DNA of 63,616 nt, counting the filler, from Reclinomonas americana ATCC 50394 (Eukaryota), in NCBI GenBank assembly GCA_048213135.1. It is 7 parts of 3 records of this genome, joined end to end, with 100 filler letters (N's around TTAATTAATTAA, not from the genome) between each part and the next. Parts side by side here need not be neighbours in the genome. Positions count along the whole stretch, not along the records: positions 1 to 7,426 come from PS015109.1; positions 7,527 to 29,493 come from PS015110.1; 5 more parts are not named here. One strand, given 5' to 3'. Made by a program: the position numbers and the translations under genes. Below are positions 1-12,912 of the stretch, in pieces. Position 1 is the first letter of the stretch; each line of letters opens with the position of its first letter. Below the pieces are notes generated by a model, which ran no database searches, was not told the DNA's origin, and worked only from the letters and a program-made list of their open reading frames with translations.

Positions 1-3000
1 GCCCTCGTGGACCGCACGCGGAGGGGGAGGCGCCAACAACTCGTCTTCGCGCTCCTCCACACCTCCAGCGATGCGATTGGGAGGTGGTGGTGGAGGAGGA
101 GGAGGAGGAGGAGGGTATACTGCGCGGAGTGGGGAAGGCGGGGCGACGATTCTGGGAACGCTGGCCGGCAGCAATGCGGAGAGTGTGGTAGAGGAGGAGA
201 GTCCGTTGTATGTGGCGTGCAGGTGAGGAACGGGAAAGGAGGAAGGGGGAAGGGAAGGAGAAGGTATTCTTTCTATTGCTCTCAACTCGCGCTTGAGCGT
301 TTCGAACTGAGAGAAGGCTGTCTGTCTCTGTACGCTGTGGGAGAGACGTACAACTGACCCTTGAACCAAGAGGAGACGACTTTCTGTTTCACTTTATGAG
401 AGTGCACTTCGTGAGGAGAAAGTGTTCCTTCTCTTGCTTTCACTGACTGCACCTTTCCTGGAGAGAGACGCACAACTCACGCTCGAGCACTTCGAGAGGA
501 GAGAAGGCTGTCTGTCTCTGTGCGCTGTGGGAGAGACGCACAACTGACTCTTGAACAGTTCAAGAGGAGACGACTATCTGTTTCACTTTATGAGAGTGCA
601 CTTCGTGAGGAGAAAGTGTTCCTTCTCTTGCTTTCACTGGCTGCACCTTTCCTGGAGAGAGACGTGCAACTCGCGTTTGAGCACTTCGAGAGGAGAGAAG
701 GCTGTCTGTCTCTGTGCACTGTGGGAGAGACGCACAACTGACCCTTGAACAATTCAGTGCAGAAGGGCATTCTCTTATCCTCTCCCTCCCTCATCTCTCT
801 TTTACTCTGTGACGGTTGTGTCGTGAGGAGATCAGCTATTCTATTCGCATTCTCTTGCGCATTCCCTTTGGAGAGTCGTATAACTCACGCTCGAGCACTT
901 CTGAGCTGTAGGTGAGACGCACAACTGACCCTTGAGCAATCCAGAGGAGAGGAGTATTCTCTCACCCTCCTGTCTGTGCACTCTATCTGTGTGTATGTCG
1001 AAAGGAAAGAGCTGCGAAGGGCTTATTCTTCTCGCGTTTTGCGCAACTCAAATTTAAGCATTCAGGGAAGACATGACTGACGGTCCCGTACTCCCTCTCA
1101 TTCTCCTTTTTTCAGCTTGAGCATTGCGGGATAGAGACTGGACTGTCCTTCTTTCTCACCCTCTCTCCCCTCTACTCCCACCCTTGCGACCATGTTTTTT
1201 GAACCACCTCCATGCCACAGAGACGGCCGGCTGGATCGAGTGCGATCAATTATTGCCTCCTCACCAAGTGGTTTTGATTTGACTCTGGTGATTACTATCT
1301 TCTCTCCCTCTCCCTCTCTCCCTCTCTCCCCTCCCCTATCCTCACCCCTCACTCCCACAGGGCAAAGTCTGCCGATGCACACACCCCGAGGTGGCCACCG
1401 ACGAAGTGGTGTTGCGCGAGTCACCGCTGTATGTGGCGTGCGTCCACGGTCGTGCCGAGGTATACAATCTCCAGTCGCCCATCTCTCCCCCTTTCCCCTC
1501 ACTCTCTCTGCCCCCCAGGTCGCCTCCGAGTTGCTAGCGCACGGAGCACCGCCCGCCATTGGCTGCGCGGAGCACCGTATCGACGAGTTTGTTGGGTCAC
1601 GGCTCGTGCACAACATTACGTGTCTGTACGGGGCCGTCGATGCCGGCTACCTGGGCGTGGTTGGCCTGTGCGTTCTCCTTTGCTCTATCCTTGGTGTGCG
1701 CGCGCGCACTCACATTGTCGGCACCGCAGTTTGCTGGAACACGGAGCCGATCCCAACACTGTGATCGAGCATCACCACGAAGTGCGCCTCGCCGACGAGG
1801 CTCCATTCACCGAAATCGAGCGAGCCACAGCACTGCATTGTGCAGTGGAGCGCGGGCATTGTGCGTCCCTGCCTCCTGTTTGCATTTTCTTTGATTGTCT
1901 TCTCACTCCCCTTGTAGTGGAGTGCGCCCGCCTCCTGCTGCGCCACAACGCACAGGTCGAGGAGGTGCAGTACTCGTACCTGGAGAATCAGCCGGCGCCG
2001 GGCGAGTTGGTGACGCAAGAGCGCTCATTCCGGCCGGTGCATCTGGCCGCCTATCACGGCCACGATCGACTGCTGGAGGCGCTGTTGGATCACGGAGCGA
2101 GCATCGAATCCAAGTACGTGTGCTCGGTGAACGGGAGAGAGTCAACGGGCACGCCGCTGCATGTGGCGGCGCAGACCGGGCACGTCGAGGCCGCCAGATT
2201 ACTGCTGAAGCGGGGAGGTACCGACCGATTGCGACCATGATGTCCACTACTCCTGTTGCTGACCCCGTGAAATTGCGCAGCATTGGTGGATGCCACGGAC
2301 GGCAACGGACTGACGGCGTTTCTAATGGCGTGCCAGTTGGGCAACTTGGAGATGGCACAGTTTTTGCAGAGTGCTGGTGCCGATGTCAACTGCAAGACGT
2401 GTGATGGGGCCACGGCGTTGTCGGTGAGTGCTGAAAGGGGAAGAGAGGGGGAGGGGAGGGGAGGGAAANNNNNNNNNNNNNNNNNNNNGGGAGACAGAGG
2501 GAACTCACCTGCCACTGGGCGGTCCTCTTCGTTGCTATCCGCGAAGCCATAGTCGTTTGTTGAAAATCAGTGAGAGGGCGAATGCGACACGCAATCAAAG
2601 GCAGAGTGGGAGAGAGAGACAGAGAGAAAGAAAGGAGACAGATAGCACTCTGCTCGCTCTCACTCTTTGTTGTCGTCCTGCCACTTCTGTCTGTCTCTGT
2701 CGGCCTCGATTCTCTGTTTCACACTTGTGGACTTTCTCCCTCGCTCTCTCACTTGTCTTTCGCTCTCTTCTCCTTGCTTTGTACTCTTCTCTCGTCTCTC
2801 TCCTCGTCCCTGACGAGAGAAACAGCAAGTGAATGAAGGATGTAGAAGAGAGAAGTAAAGTGGAAGAGGCAGCGNNNNNNNNNNNNNNNNNNNNNNNNNN
2901 NNNNNNNNNNNNNNNNNNNNNNNNNNNNNNNNNNNNNNNNNNNNNNNNNNNNNNNNNNNNNNNNNNNNNNNNNNNNNNNNNNNNNNNNNNNNNNNNNNNN

Positions 3001-5480
3001 NNNNNNNNNNNNNNNNNNNNNNNNNNNNNNNNNNNNNNNNNNNNNNNNNNNNNNNNNNNNNNNNNNNNNNNNNNNNNNNNNNNNNNNNNNNNNNNNNNNN
3101 NNNNNNNNNNNNNNNNNNNNNNNNNNNNNNNNNNNNNNNNNNNNNNNNNNNNNNNNNNNNNNNNNNNNNNNNNNNNNNNNNNNNNNNNNNNNNNNNNNNN
3201 NNNNNNNNNNNNNNNNNNNNNNNNNNNNNNNNNNNNNNNNNNNNNNNNNNNNNNNNNNNNNNNNNNNNNNNNNNNNNNNNNNNNNNNNNNNNNNNNNNNN
3301 NNNNNNNNNNNNNNNNNNNNNNNNNNNNNNNNNNNNNNNNNNNNNNNNNNNNNNNNNNNNNNNNNNNNNNNNNNNNNNNNNNNNNNNNNNNNNNGGGGAA
3401 GGGGGAAGGGAAAGAGCGATGAGAGGAAAGAGGAGAAGGTAAAGTGGAAGGAGAGAGGAGATGAGAGGAAAGGGAAAAGAAGAGAAACGCGAGAGGCAGA
3501 GGGAAGAAGAGGCGAAAATAGAGAAATGACAGGGGAAGGGGAGACTGATCAAGAAAGAGAGAAATGAGAGTGCAACTGCCCACTTCACGACTGTCAACTT
3601 AGTGAGACACGGGGCCACCGAACAGGTTCAAGACCGAGTGCGCACAGTGTTTGAATTCATCTTTCTTCCGCTTTCCTCGGAGCTGTTCTGTTCTCATTGC
3701 TTTCACCTTCTGNNNNNNNNNNNNNNNNNNNNNNNNNNNNNNNNNNNNNNNNNNNNNNNNNNNNNNNNNNNNNNNNNNNNNNNNNNNNNNNNNNNNNNNN
3801 NNNNNNNNNNNNNNNNNNNNNNNNNNNNNNNNNNNNNNNNNNNNNNNNNNNNNNNNNNNNNNNNNNNNNNNNNNNNNNNNNNNNNNNNNNNNNNNNNNNN
3901 NNNNNNNNNNNNNNNNNNNNNNNNNNNNNNNNNNNNNNNNNNNNNNNNNNNNNNNNNNNNNNNNNNNNNNNNNNNNNNNNNNNNNNNNNNNNNNNNNNNN
4001 NNNNNNNNNNNNNNNNNNNNNNNNNNNNNNNNNNNNNNNNNNNNNNNNNNNNNNNNNNNNNNNNNNNNNNNNNNNNNNNNNNNNNNNNNNNNNNNNNNNN
4101 NNNNNNNNNNNNNNNNNNNNNNNNNNNNNNNNNNNNNNNNNNNNNNNNNNNNNNNATCTCCCGCTTCCCCCTTCCCCTCCCCTTCACCTTCTCCCCCTTT
4201 CCCCTTTCCCCCCTTTCCCCCCTTACCCCCTTTCCCACTTCCCGTCTTGTCACAGCTGGCCGACGCCGAGAGACACCTCCTCGTCTCGCGCTGGCTGCAC
4301 TCGAAAACCACCACGGGCCTCCGACTGGACCTGTCGCGCACCAACTCGGAGCAAGACGGCGTCGAGCGAGACATTTTCGAAGACATGGACGACGACCTTG
4401 GTGGCGGGGGTGGTGGAGGTGGCGGTGGCGCAGCAGCTGTGGCTGCGGCCGCCGCCGCCGCCGCCACGGTGGCCGCGACGGTTCCCGAGGTGGTGGGAGA
4501 GCAGGATGAGGAGGAATTCAACGGCACGATTGCCACCGACACGCTGTCGACGACGGTGATTCGCGAGGTGGAGGACGACACGGACGAGGATGAGGTGGGC
4601 GGAGAGCATGTACCGCTCTCCTCGTCCAACGACCGAGGTCGCGTGCCACTCGTTGGTCGCCGCCCCGGTGCACCGACTCCGCCGGCGTCCATGCCTGCCG
4701 CTGGAGCGTCGTCACACGCACCGGCCTCCGCCGGCGGTGTGGCTGCTGCAGGACCGCGGGTGAGTCACATATTTCCTGACATGGACATCCTCTCTCTCTC
4801 TCTCTCTCTTTATCTCACGTATATGTGTTTGCGGTCGCCAGCTGGCCCTCTCCAAAGCACCGGCGGCGCCGTCGTCATTGCAACCACTGGCACCCCCCGT
4901 CAGCGCCATCGCCAGCAAGTCGCGCTCCGCTGGCGCAGACAAGGCCGTGGGCGACGCCAAAAGCAACAATGGCCAGCAGCGGCCGCGCGATCGGAGCAAC
5001 AGTTCGCAGGCGCGAGGTCGAATGGAGGCGCGATTTGCGGTCATGATGCGCGAGATGAACCGGAAGATGGCCGAGGTTTGTCATCACCGCTGTGTCCTCT
5101 TCCTTGCTCCTCCCCTGACCCCCTTTACGTACGCGCAGCTTGAATCGCGTCTGCGCCACCTGGAGGCAGCCACGGAGAACAGTGTGAAGGAGAACTCGGC
5201 GATTCGCTCGTCGCTGGGTGCACGACCACCGGACCGCGAAGCCGTATGGAGAGGCAGTTACGCATCGCGTGGGTTCCCGCCGACTGTGCCACCACTGCTC
5301 GGTGTGCCGTCGGCTGCGGAGACCGACGACATGGAGGCGAGGCTATCGTCGAGGTTACGCTACTCACCGCGCGACTCGGCCCGCCCTCTCGCCAGCCGCG
5401 CCAGTCCGTATGACGCAAGTGATTTTCGCGTGAGCAGTCACGTCGACCGTGGTCGCTGTGTACGTTGTAATCTGCTGTAG
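1..5480 (+). CDS. Ankyrin-repeat protein with a low-complexity/coiled-coil C-terminus (spliced, 5'-partial)
   Basis: Exons carry ankyrin motifs: ESPLYVAC (about 196-222 and 1417-1440), ATALHCAVERGH, RPVHLAAYHGHDRLLEALLDHGA, GTPLHVAAQTGHVEAARLLLKRG, GLTAFLMACQLGNLEMAQFLQSAGADVN. GATALS (donor 2424) joins LADAERHLLVSRWL (exon from 4256). Further exons at 4842-5076 and 5139-5480. The last exon and stop are uncertain. Confidence 0.85.
281..757. repeat. Intronic tandem repeat, about 190-bp unit, about 2.5 copies
   Basis: GAGAGAAGGCTGTCTGTCTCTG...GGGAGAGACGCACAACTGAC recurs near 308, 499 and 692. Confidence 0.9.
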
Positions 5481-5558
5481 GTCTACTTCTTTAAAAGCGT
5501 GTGGGAAAAAGGTAGTAACATGCGGAATTCTGTTGTACACTCTCTAAAGCGCAGCTGT

Positions 5559-6583
5559 TCACGAGCTCTTCACGGCACGCTGGCAGGTGACGTGCAGGCG
5601 GCTGACCTCGCGCTGGAAGTCATTGTCCAGCGTGTGAGTCAGGCTGCCGTCGTTGGGCAGACCGGCGTCCTGGATCTTGCTGATAATGTTGCGGCGCTCG
5701 GCGGACCAGATGCCAGAGAGAGCGCGCTCGGCTTGCAGGCACACAGTGCGCACGGCATCGGTGTCACCGCGGATGCTCTTGTCGTTGGCCTTGGCGCGTC
5801 CCTTGTCGCCGGCAATGTGCAGGGCACGAATGGCACGGCGAGTGCGGTGGTAGATCTCCTCCAGAGTCACGTCACGGTCGAGGTAGCGGTGGACAGGGTC
5901 AGCTGCAGCAGGCAAGAAGAGAGAGAGGTGTGAGTGGAGGTGGCGGGCAAGGGCAAAGGAGAGGAAAGGCGAGACAACGCAACAGACGGGGTGCTGGTTG
6001 AGGTTCAGTTCATTGTGGCGAATGTCTCCGGGGCGGTTCTCAATGTCCTGCACCGACAGGTTGCGGTTGTCGTACGGACGAGGTCCACGAGTGACTGCGA
6101 GGGGACACACAAGTGTGTGTGAGTGAGTGGAGGGAGGGGGAGGAGAGGGAGACGGGGAGACGAGNNNNNNNNNNNNNNNNNNNNNNNNNNNNNNNNNNNN
6201 NNNNNNNNNNNNNNNNNNNNNNNNNNNNNNNNNNNNNNNNNNNNNNNNNNNNNNNNNNNNNNNNNNNNNNNNNNNNNNNNNNNNNNNNNNNNNNNNNNNN
6301 NNNNNNNNNNNNNNNNNNNNNNNNNNNNNNNNNNNNNNNNNNNNNNNNNNNNNNNNNNNNNNNNNNNNNNNNNNNNNNNNNNNNNNNNNNNNNNNNNNNN
6401 NNNNNNNNNNNNNNNNNNNNNNNNNNNNNNNNNNNNNNNNNNNNNNNNNNNNNNNNNNNNNNNNNNNNNNNNNNNNNNNNNNNNNNNNNNNNNNNGGAGA
6501 ACGGAACTGCCATCACCACGGGCACTGACGGTCACGGCCACGAGGCACAAGACCAGAGCAAAGACGAGAGTCGAGCGGATCAT
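5559..6583 (-). CDS. Small secreted protein of unknown function (spliced, interrupted by an N gap)
   Basis: ATG at 6583 in GCCACCATG context; signal peptide MIRSTLVFALVLCLVAVTVSA. Later exons at about 6095-5984 (VTRGPRPYDNRN...) and about 5904-5559 (DPVHRYLDRD...CQRAVKSS, then TGA). Confidence 0.65.
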
Positions 6584-7208
6584 GGTGGCTTCTGGGGCTG
6601 GTGGTCTGCGCTCGCAACACAAGGCTAAAGGCAAGTGATCGCTTCCGGCTATTGGCAGGAATTGATCCGGACTATTCGCGCTGCGATGGTTGGACACAGC
6701 CGCCGTGTCCGAAATGTAAGCCGCTCACTCTCTCACCTTGCATGCAAGCAAGCAAAAAGGCAAGAAGACCACTGCTTCCATTCACTGCTATCGCCACTGT
6801 CGATCACTGTGCTGGTGTAGAGAGAGCAGAATCGTGTGCAAGCAGTACCGGTTTTTCAGTGCAAGTGTGTTCGGTCCGATAATCGACCGAAGTCAAGACA
6901 TGCGACCAGCTTCGCGTGCGTCGTAGTGCGTGGTGGAACACTCGGGGGGATAGATGCACTTGTACACGCAATCTTTATGATTTCTGTGCTTGACTTGACG
7001 GCCAAGCTGCGAATTGCGGACAACTCATGTAGCCGGCAGAAGCTGGGTCCAGATTTAACAGGAGGCGTGTCCATGCACCACCGCGTAGCTGCACGATGGC
7101 ACCATACCACTTGAGTGTGTGCGAGAGGAAGAAATCCGATTCATTGTCACCTCTGAATCAAATTTGGAAATACTGGTTTTCTTTCAGTCGAAGAGTGAGC
7201 AAAGAGAC

Positions 7209-7372
7209 ATGCGTGCTGTGTTGATCATTGCCGTGACTGTCTGCCTGTTGGCGGTGGTCGCGAGTGCTGCAAGTTGCGCGCACACACTCTATCAGCTCGC
7301 CATCACCACAGCACTCATGATCACTTGCTTTTTCTCCGTGCAGTCCCTCGTCACCGACACAGGCGCAACTTT
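7209..7372 (+). CDS. 5' fragment of a second secreted protein, truncated by a scaffold gap
   Basis: MRAVLIIAVTVCLLAVVASA signal peptide, followed by a short intron and a small exon, then (GA)n and the gap. Confidence 0.5.
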
Positions 7373-7470
7373 GTGAATCGTTGAGTGTGCGAGAGAGAGA
7401 GAGAGAGAGAGAGGAGTAGTAGTAGTNNNNNNNNNNNNNNNNNNNNNNNNNNNNNNNNNNNNNNNNNNNN

Positions 7471-7482
7471 TTAATTAATTAA
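7471..7482. other. Artificial assembly linker TTAATTAATTAA inside a 100-nt N spacer (also at 29538-29549, 40560-40571, 44158-44169, 47226-47237, 60397-60408)
   Basis: The same 12-mer, with stops in all six frames, is centred in N runs at six places. Confidence 0.95.
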
Positions 7483-7590
7483 NNNNNNNNNNNNNNNNNN
7501 NNNNNNNNNNNNNNNNNNNNNNNNNNGAGAGAGAGAGAGAGAGAGAGAGAGATATCGTGCGTTTGCTATCTAAAAGTGGAGTCAACTAAC

Positions 7591-10500
7591 CCTCGGGGTA
7601 TTCAGTTGGGCGGAAGAGCCAGCACCGTCAACCCAGCCGGCAGTACCCGCAGTACCGGCAACGAGCGATACCGATGGTAGCATGTCAAACGAGACGCCCA
7701 TCATCAGCCCCATGTTGTTGGCATTAACGGTGGCGTTGAGGACTGCCGAGGAGGCAGTGATGCTGCTGGCCGACTGGCTGGAGACTTGAGGGGCTGCGTG
7801 CGCGGGATGTATACATGAGTAGCAATCGAGCCGGAGTGAGCGGTAGCAAAAAAATAAATGCAACATACATATGTATCCAACAATCCCAATGATTAAATTA
7901 CCTTGCAAGGTTGAAAACGACTGCACCGCACCACGGACAGCCGACACCGGATCCATCGCACGAAAGAAGTACGTGGTGTTGGGTGTCAAGTTCACAGCCG
8001 ACGCGGAAATGAGCGTGTTCGAGTTTCCCACGATAGATGACGGCGTAGACGCTAATGATAACGGTGGCAAATTCACCGTGCGCACAATAAAGTTACCAAC
8101 ATCTGAAACAAAGAGTTAGACCGGTGCAATATCACAGCAGGTGCACATCGAGTCACACTGTACCTGACACCAACACGAGTCGATGAACCGAATCAAAGCC
8201 GATGCCCGCCTACGACAGTGGTCAATCACAATGCTAATACCAACAAAATCTACTGCATCACGTACAGGCACGTACAGGCGAGAAAAAATTGGCCACGGTC
8301 GCAGGACCATCGGCGAAGGCATTGATTCCAGTGACACCGGCAATCGTAGTGACCAAGCCAGCACTCGTCACCCGTCGAATGGTCTGATTATTTGTCTGTG
8401 TTGCGAAGGAGACATTATAAGACTCGCGAGTCAAGGTCGTACATGGAATGAGATGACGCAACATCTGCCACGTACAGCATGCCAGAGACTGGATCTATTG
8501 TCACAGACTGTGGTGCATGAAAGGAAGCAGCCGCGCCTTGACCATCAGCAGAGCCAACTATTCCTGCTTGTCCAGCCAGTGTGCTGACCATCATCGACGA
8601 CAGGTCGATCTTGCGAACCACATGGGCTCCCCTGTCCATAACATATAAGGTCGACCGCGATGAATCGAGCACCATGCCAATGGGTGAGCTGAAACGCGCC
8701 GCTGTTCCAACTCCGTCCGTGGATGCCGGTGAGCCAAACGTCCCAGCCACAAGCACTACATGGCCAGTATACGAAACGCGACTGCACAACAATGTTAGGT
8801 GCGATGACGGAACACAGAGTGAAACAATTATTTCGAGACATCACGCACCGAATGACAGAGTTGTCCATGTCAGCAACATACACAACCTGAGTCGCACTGT
8901 CAACGGCCAAACCATGTGGAGTATGGAATCTAGCCGCAGATCCGACACCATCCACAGAACCAAGAACGCCACCAGCAAGTGTCGATACTGCGTTGCCACT
9001 TATCTTGCGAACTGCATGATTACTTGCCTACACGGAGTGTACAACGCAATGAAAAAAAGGACAACAATAAATACAGAAAGACATGCAGAGTATTGCGATG
9101 TGGACGTACATCGCACACGTAGAGATCGCCGGCATTCAAATCACAACCAACGTCAACCGGACTGTAGACATTGCACAAGGTAAGTCAAACTATTGCCGAC
9201 CAACAGGAACCACCAAGGTCAAATTTCGAACCCGCGGAAAGTGGCAACGGTGGTCGGACCGTCAGCATTGCCTTGCATGCCAACCAAGCCGGCAACCGTG
9301 CTGACCAAGCCGACAGGGGTGACGCTGCGGATTGTTTGTGCGCTACGGGAACCAAGAAATGACTAAGACCACTGACTGTACACGAAACAGCGACAAGATA
9401 GCACAAACCCGTAATCAGCGACGAATGCAGTTCCAGTCATGTCGACGCACATCCGCTAAAAGAGGAAAAACAAGTGCGAAATTAAGACGTTGCACAAAAT
9501 GTGTCGCAAAAGCATACGATATACCTGCAGGCTGCTGAAGCGCGCAGCTGAACCAACGCCGTCCACTAGACCAGACGAGCCAGCTGATCCCGCCAGCGTG
9601 CTCACCATTACGGCAGCGCCAAACTGCGAGCTACTGGTACCCAACTCAACAGCTGCAGAAACGGCCGCCCCGCCATTGGGATTCACGCTGCCAGCCAGCG
9701 TAGCGGAAGTCGATAAGATGTTGGTGACACTGCTGGCAGTCGTCACCGTCGGTGCTGTGCGCAAAGAATGTCCAAAAAAAGATCAGCAACAAAGCGCAGG
9801 CGCAGAATGAACAAGCAAAACGCGAAACAAATATTCACAGCGAGAAGAAATAGATTCACAAATCAGCGCACCTGGAGATGTTTGGAACGAACGCAATCCA
9901 CTCCGCAGCAGTGTCACACTGTCCGCAAATCGGAAAAAGTACGTGACCGACGGCATCAGATTCGTCAGCGACAAGGACACGTTGACTGCCATGGTTCCCG
10001 TCGCCGTCGCCGGTGATCCCGTGATCGACGCAGGTGGAACAACAATTTTCCGAATCGTGTTGTTCCCCGTGTCTGCACGCACACAAGAAGGGAAACACAA
10101 ACAAACAAAACAACGTGAGTTTAGATACCAGAGGTTGCACAGACTTCCCTACCCTCATAAACACACGCACCTGCAACAAACAGCCCACCACGGAATCGAT
10201 TAACAACAACCCCTTGCTGCACAACCATCCAACAATATGAGCGAGCCTAGGCCTGCTACTATGCGAGGGAACAGACACATCAACACCACACACACCGGAT
10301 GGTTGAACCGAGCAATCGCTGCAAGTCCATCCGCCGACCCACTGCTCCCCGCAACACCAGCAATCGTCGTCACCGCACCTGCCGCACTTACTTGTCGAAT
10401 GTGTTCTCCCTGCACAAGAAACAGCAAGAAATAGAAGGGGATCAAGGACACAGTGGGTGAGTGAAGGAAACGCAGTCCGCAGTTCAGATTTTCGCAGACA

Positions 10501-12865
10501 AACACGCAACATCAGCAACATAAATCACATTCGCCACCGGATCCACACCCAGACCAAAAGGTCGATTGAAATGCGCACTCACTCCCGTGCCATCACTCGT
10601 ACCCGTAACACCAAGCTCGCCCGCCAGAGTCGTCACCGTTGACGTCGCCAGCACAATCTTGCGCACCGCAAAATTACTCGCATCCGCCACATACAGCGCA
10701 CCACGTCCATCCAGTGCCACATCGGTCGGGAAGTTGAACCTCGCAGCAGACCCGATTCCATCGATCAATCCAGCCATCCCGAGTGTGCCGGCCACAGTTG
10801 TTGCGACGCCGCTGAATGACACACGTCTGTGCGCATACACGGGTTGGGTGAGTCATCTTACTCCATGATGCAACAAGGCATGCAAGACAATGCAACTCAC
10901 CGCACACTGTGATTCTGATACTCGGCAACATACACGCACTCGCCGGCGCTGTCCACCGCCAGACCGCGTGGCCCATTAAACCGTGCGGCGCTGCCAATAC
11001 CATTCACAGCACCCGCACTGCCATTGCCTGCCACAGTCGACACTGTGCTGCCTGACACCTTGCGAAGCACATGATTCGAGTCCTGCAGACCATACACATA
11101 CAGACGCCAGTTTAGATCACCGCCATCACAAACTCTCTCTCTCTCATATCACACGCGCATGTCGCAGAACACTTTTGACGTCACCGCCACCGCATTACTT
11201 CTCTCTCTTTCTCTCCCTTTATCCTCTCCTGCTAACGCACCTCGCTAAAGTACAGATCGCCCGTTGCCAGATTGATGTCGATGCCGTATGGACTGCAAGA
11301 CGACGAAGACCCAAATGAGATTACTTGCGCACTAGCACACAACCACCAGCTCAGCTCCAACAGCGCAACTTGTTCAGCAAGGCCGACGACACCGCACCGT
11401 CAGTGTATCCAGAAGTACCAGCCTGCCCGACAAGCGTGCTCACCGCACCCGACACGTCGATCTTACGGATCGTGTGTCCACCGCTGCTCTCAACACCAAA
11501 GAGAGAGAGAGAGAGAGCGAGAGAGAGAGCGAGCGAGAGAGAGACGATGATACACTGTGAGTCTTCTACACACCGAATGCAAACGGCAACGCAGTGGTGG
11601 CGCACGCAACGTTGCCACGTACACGTTGAACGATGCATCGATGCACAGATTCTGTATAAAGGAACACGATGAGCGAGGTTGACAACAATCACACGCACAG
11701 CACAAACAAACACAGGAGAAATCAAACCGTCGGCGAGCTGAATCGCGCCGCAGCACCCGAGCCATCCGTGCTACCACTCATGCCAGCTGTGCCAGCCAAA
11801 GTCGACACACTCAATGCAGATCCGAAGGCGTCTTGCGAGAATGCCAGCTCAAACACATTGCTGGTGGTGACACCGACGTCATTTGGGTTCACAGTGGCGG
11901 GGAGCGTGGCCGTGGTGGACAAAACGCTTGTGGCTGACGCCGAGGTGACGGTCGGTGCTGAGGTCGGAAGCGGTGCGTGCAAATTGATGAGGCAACCCAA
12001 GAGGACTCTGCACTGCATCGCACAAGCACTCACCAGTGCTGGTTGTAAACTGCACGGTACTGCCATACTGGCCAGCCGCGGCGGCTCGAAAGAAGTAGGA
12101 CACGCCGGGCAACAGGTTGGTGACGACCGTAGAAATCGAGACATCAGAACTTCCAGACGACGTCGCCGGTGTGGCGGTAATGGCTGGCGCCGGGATGGTG
12201 ATACGGCGAACATTATGAATTGCAGCATCTATGAATCACAGGCCAGACGGACAGAGAAAGAATGTTGTTAACAAACAAATGACATTGAGAATGAGTTGCA
12301 CGCAAACTCGTGAGGTGTACCGGTTGCGATCAGACCGCCAGATATCACGTCCACAGATACCGATTGCTGCACGTGACGACGACCAAAATGAGAAGAATAC
12401 ACAACAATGAAAATGACGGAAAGTGGGAGACGGACGACGCTGGAGAAGCGAGCGGTAGTGCTGTCACCGTCCGCCGAGCCCGCTGCACCGACATTGCCTG
12501 CAACAGAGCTTACCACGCCAGCGGGTGTGATTTGACGGATGGTATGATTCACGTTCTGTGTGTGAGAACAAAGCGTGAGGGAAGGAAACAGGACAATTAT
12601 TGAAACAAACAAGCGCATAGATGTACAACAACAACGAGGGTGAATGGAAACAATCGGCACGAAAGAGAATGAGAAAGGCAAGAAGTGGGACGAGAGGTGG
12701 ATCAAAGGAAAGGGAGAATTGAGAGAGTGAGGGGGAGGGGAAGGGAGAGAGGGGGGAGGGAGAGGAGAGAAGGAGAGAACAGTGAGACCGAGAGGGACAG
12801 AATTTGAGGAAAGAGAGAGAGAGAGAGAAGAAGAAGAAGAAGAGAGAGAAGAAGAAGAGAGAAGA

Positions 12866-12912
<47 letters not shown>

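Noticed and set aside
2660-4253. Very long ORFs spanning N runs or (GA)n/(CT)n tracts giving poly-RE, poly-SL or poly-K/E
   Set aside because: They are artefacts of gaps and stop-free microsatellites within introns.
5499-5933. Long antisense and overlapping ORFs in the six-frame track (e.g. 5499-5933, 44410-45192, 62987-63448)
   Set aside because: They are shadows of GC-rich coding exons on the opposite strand.
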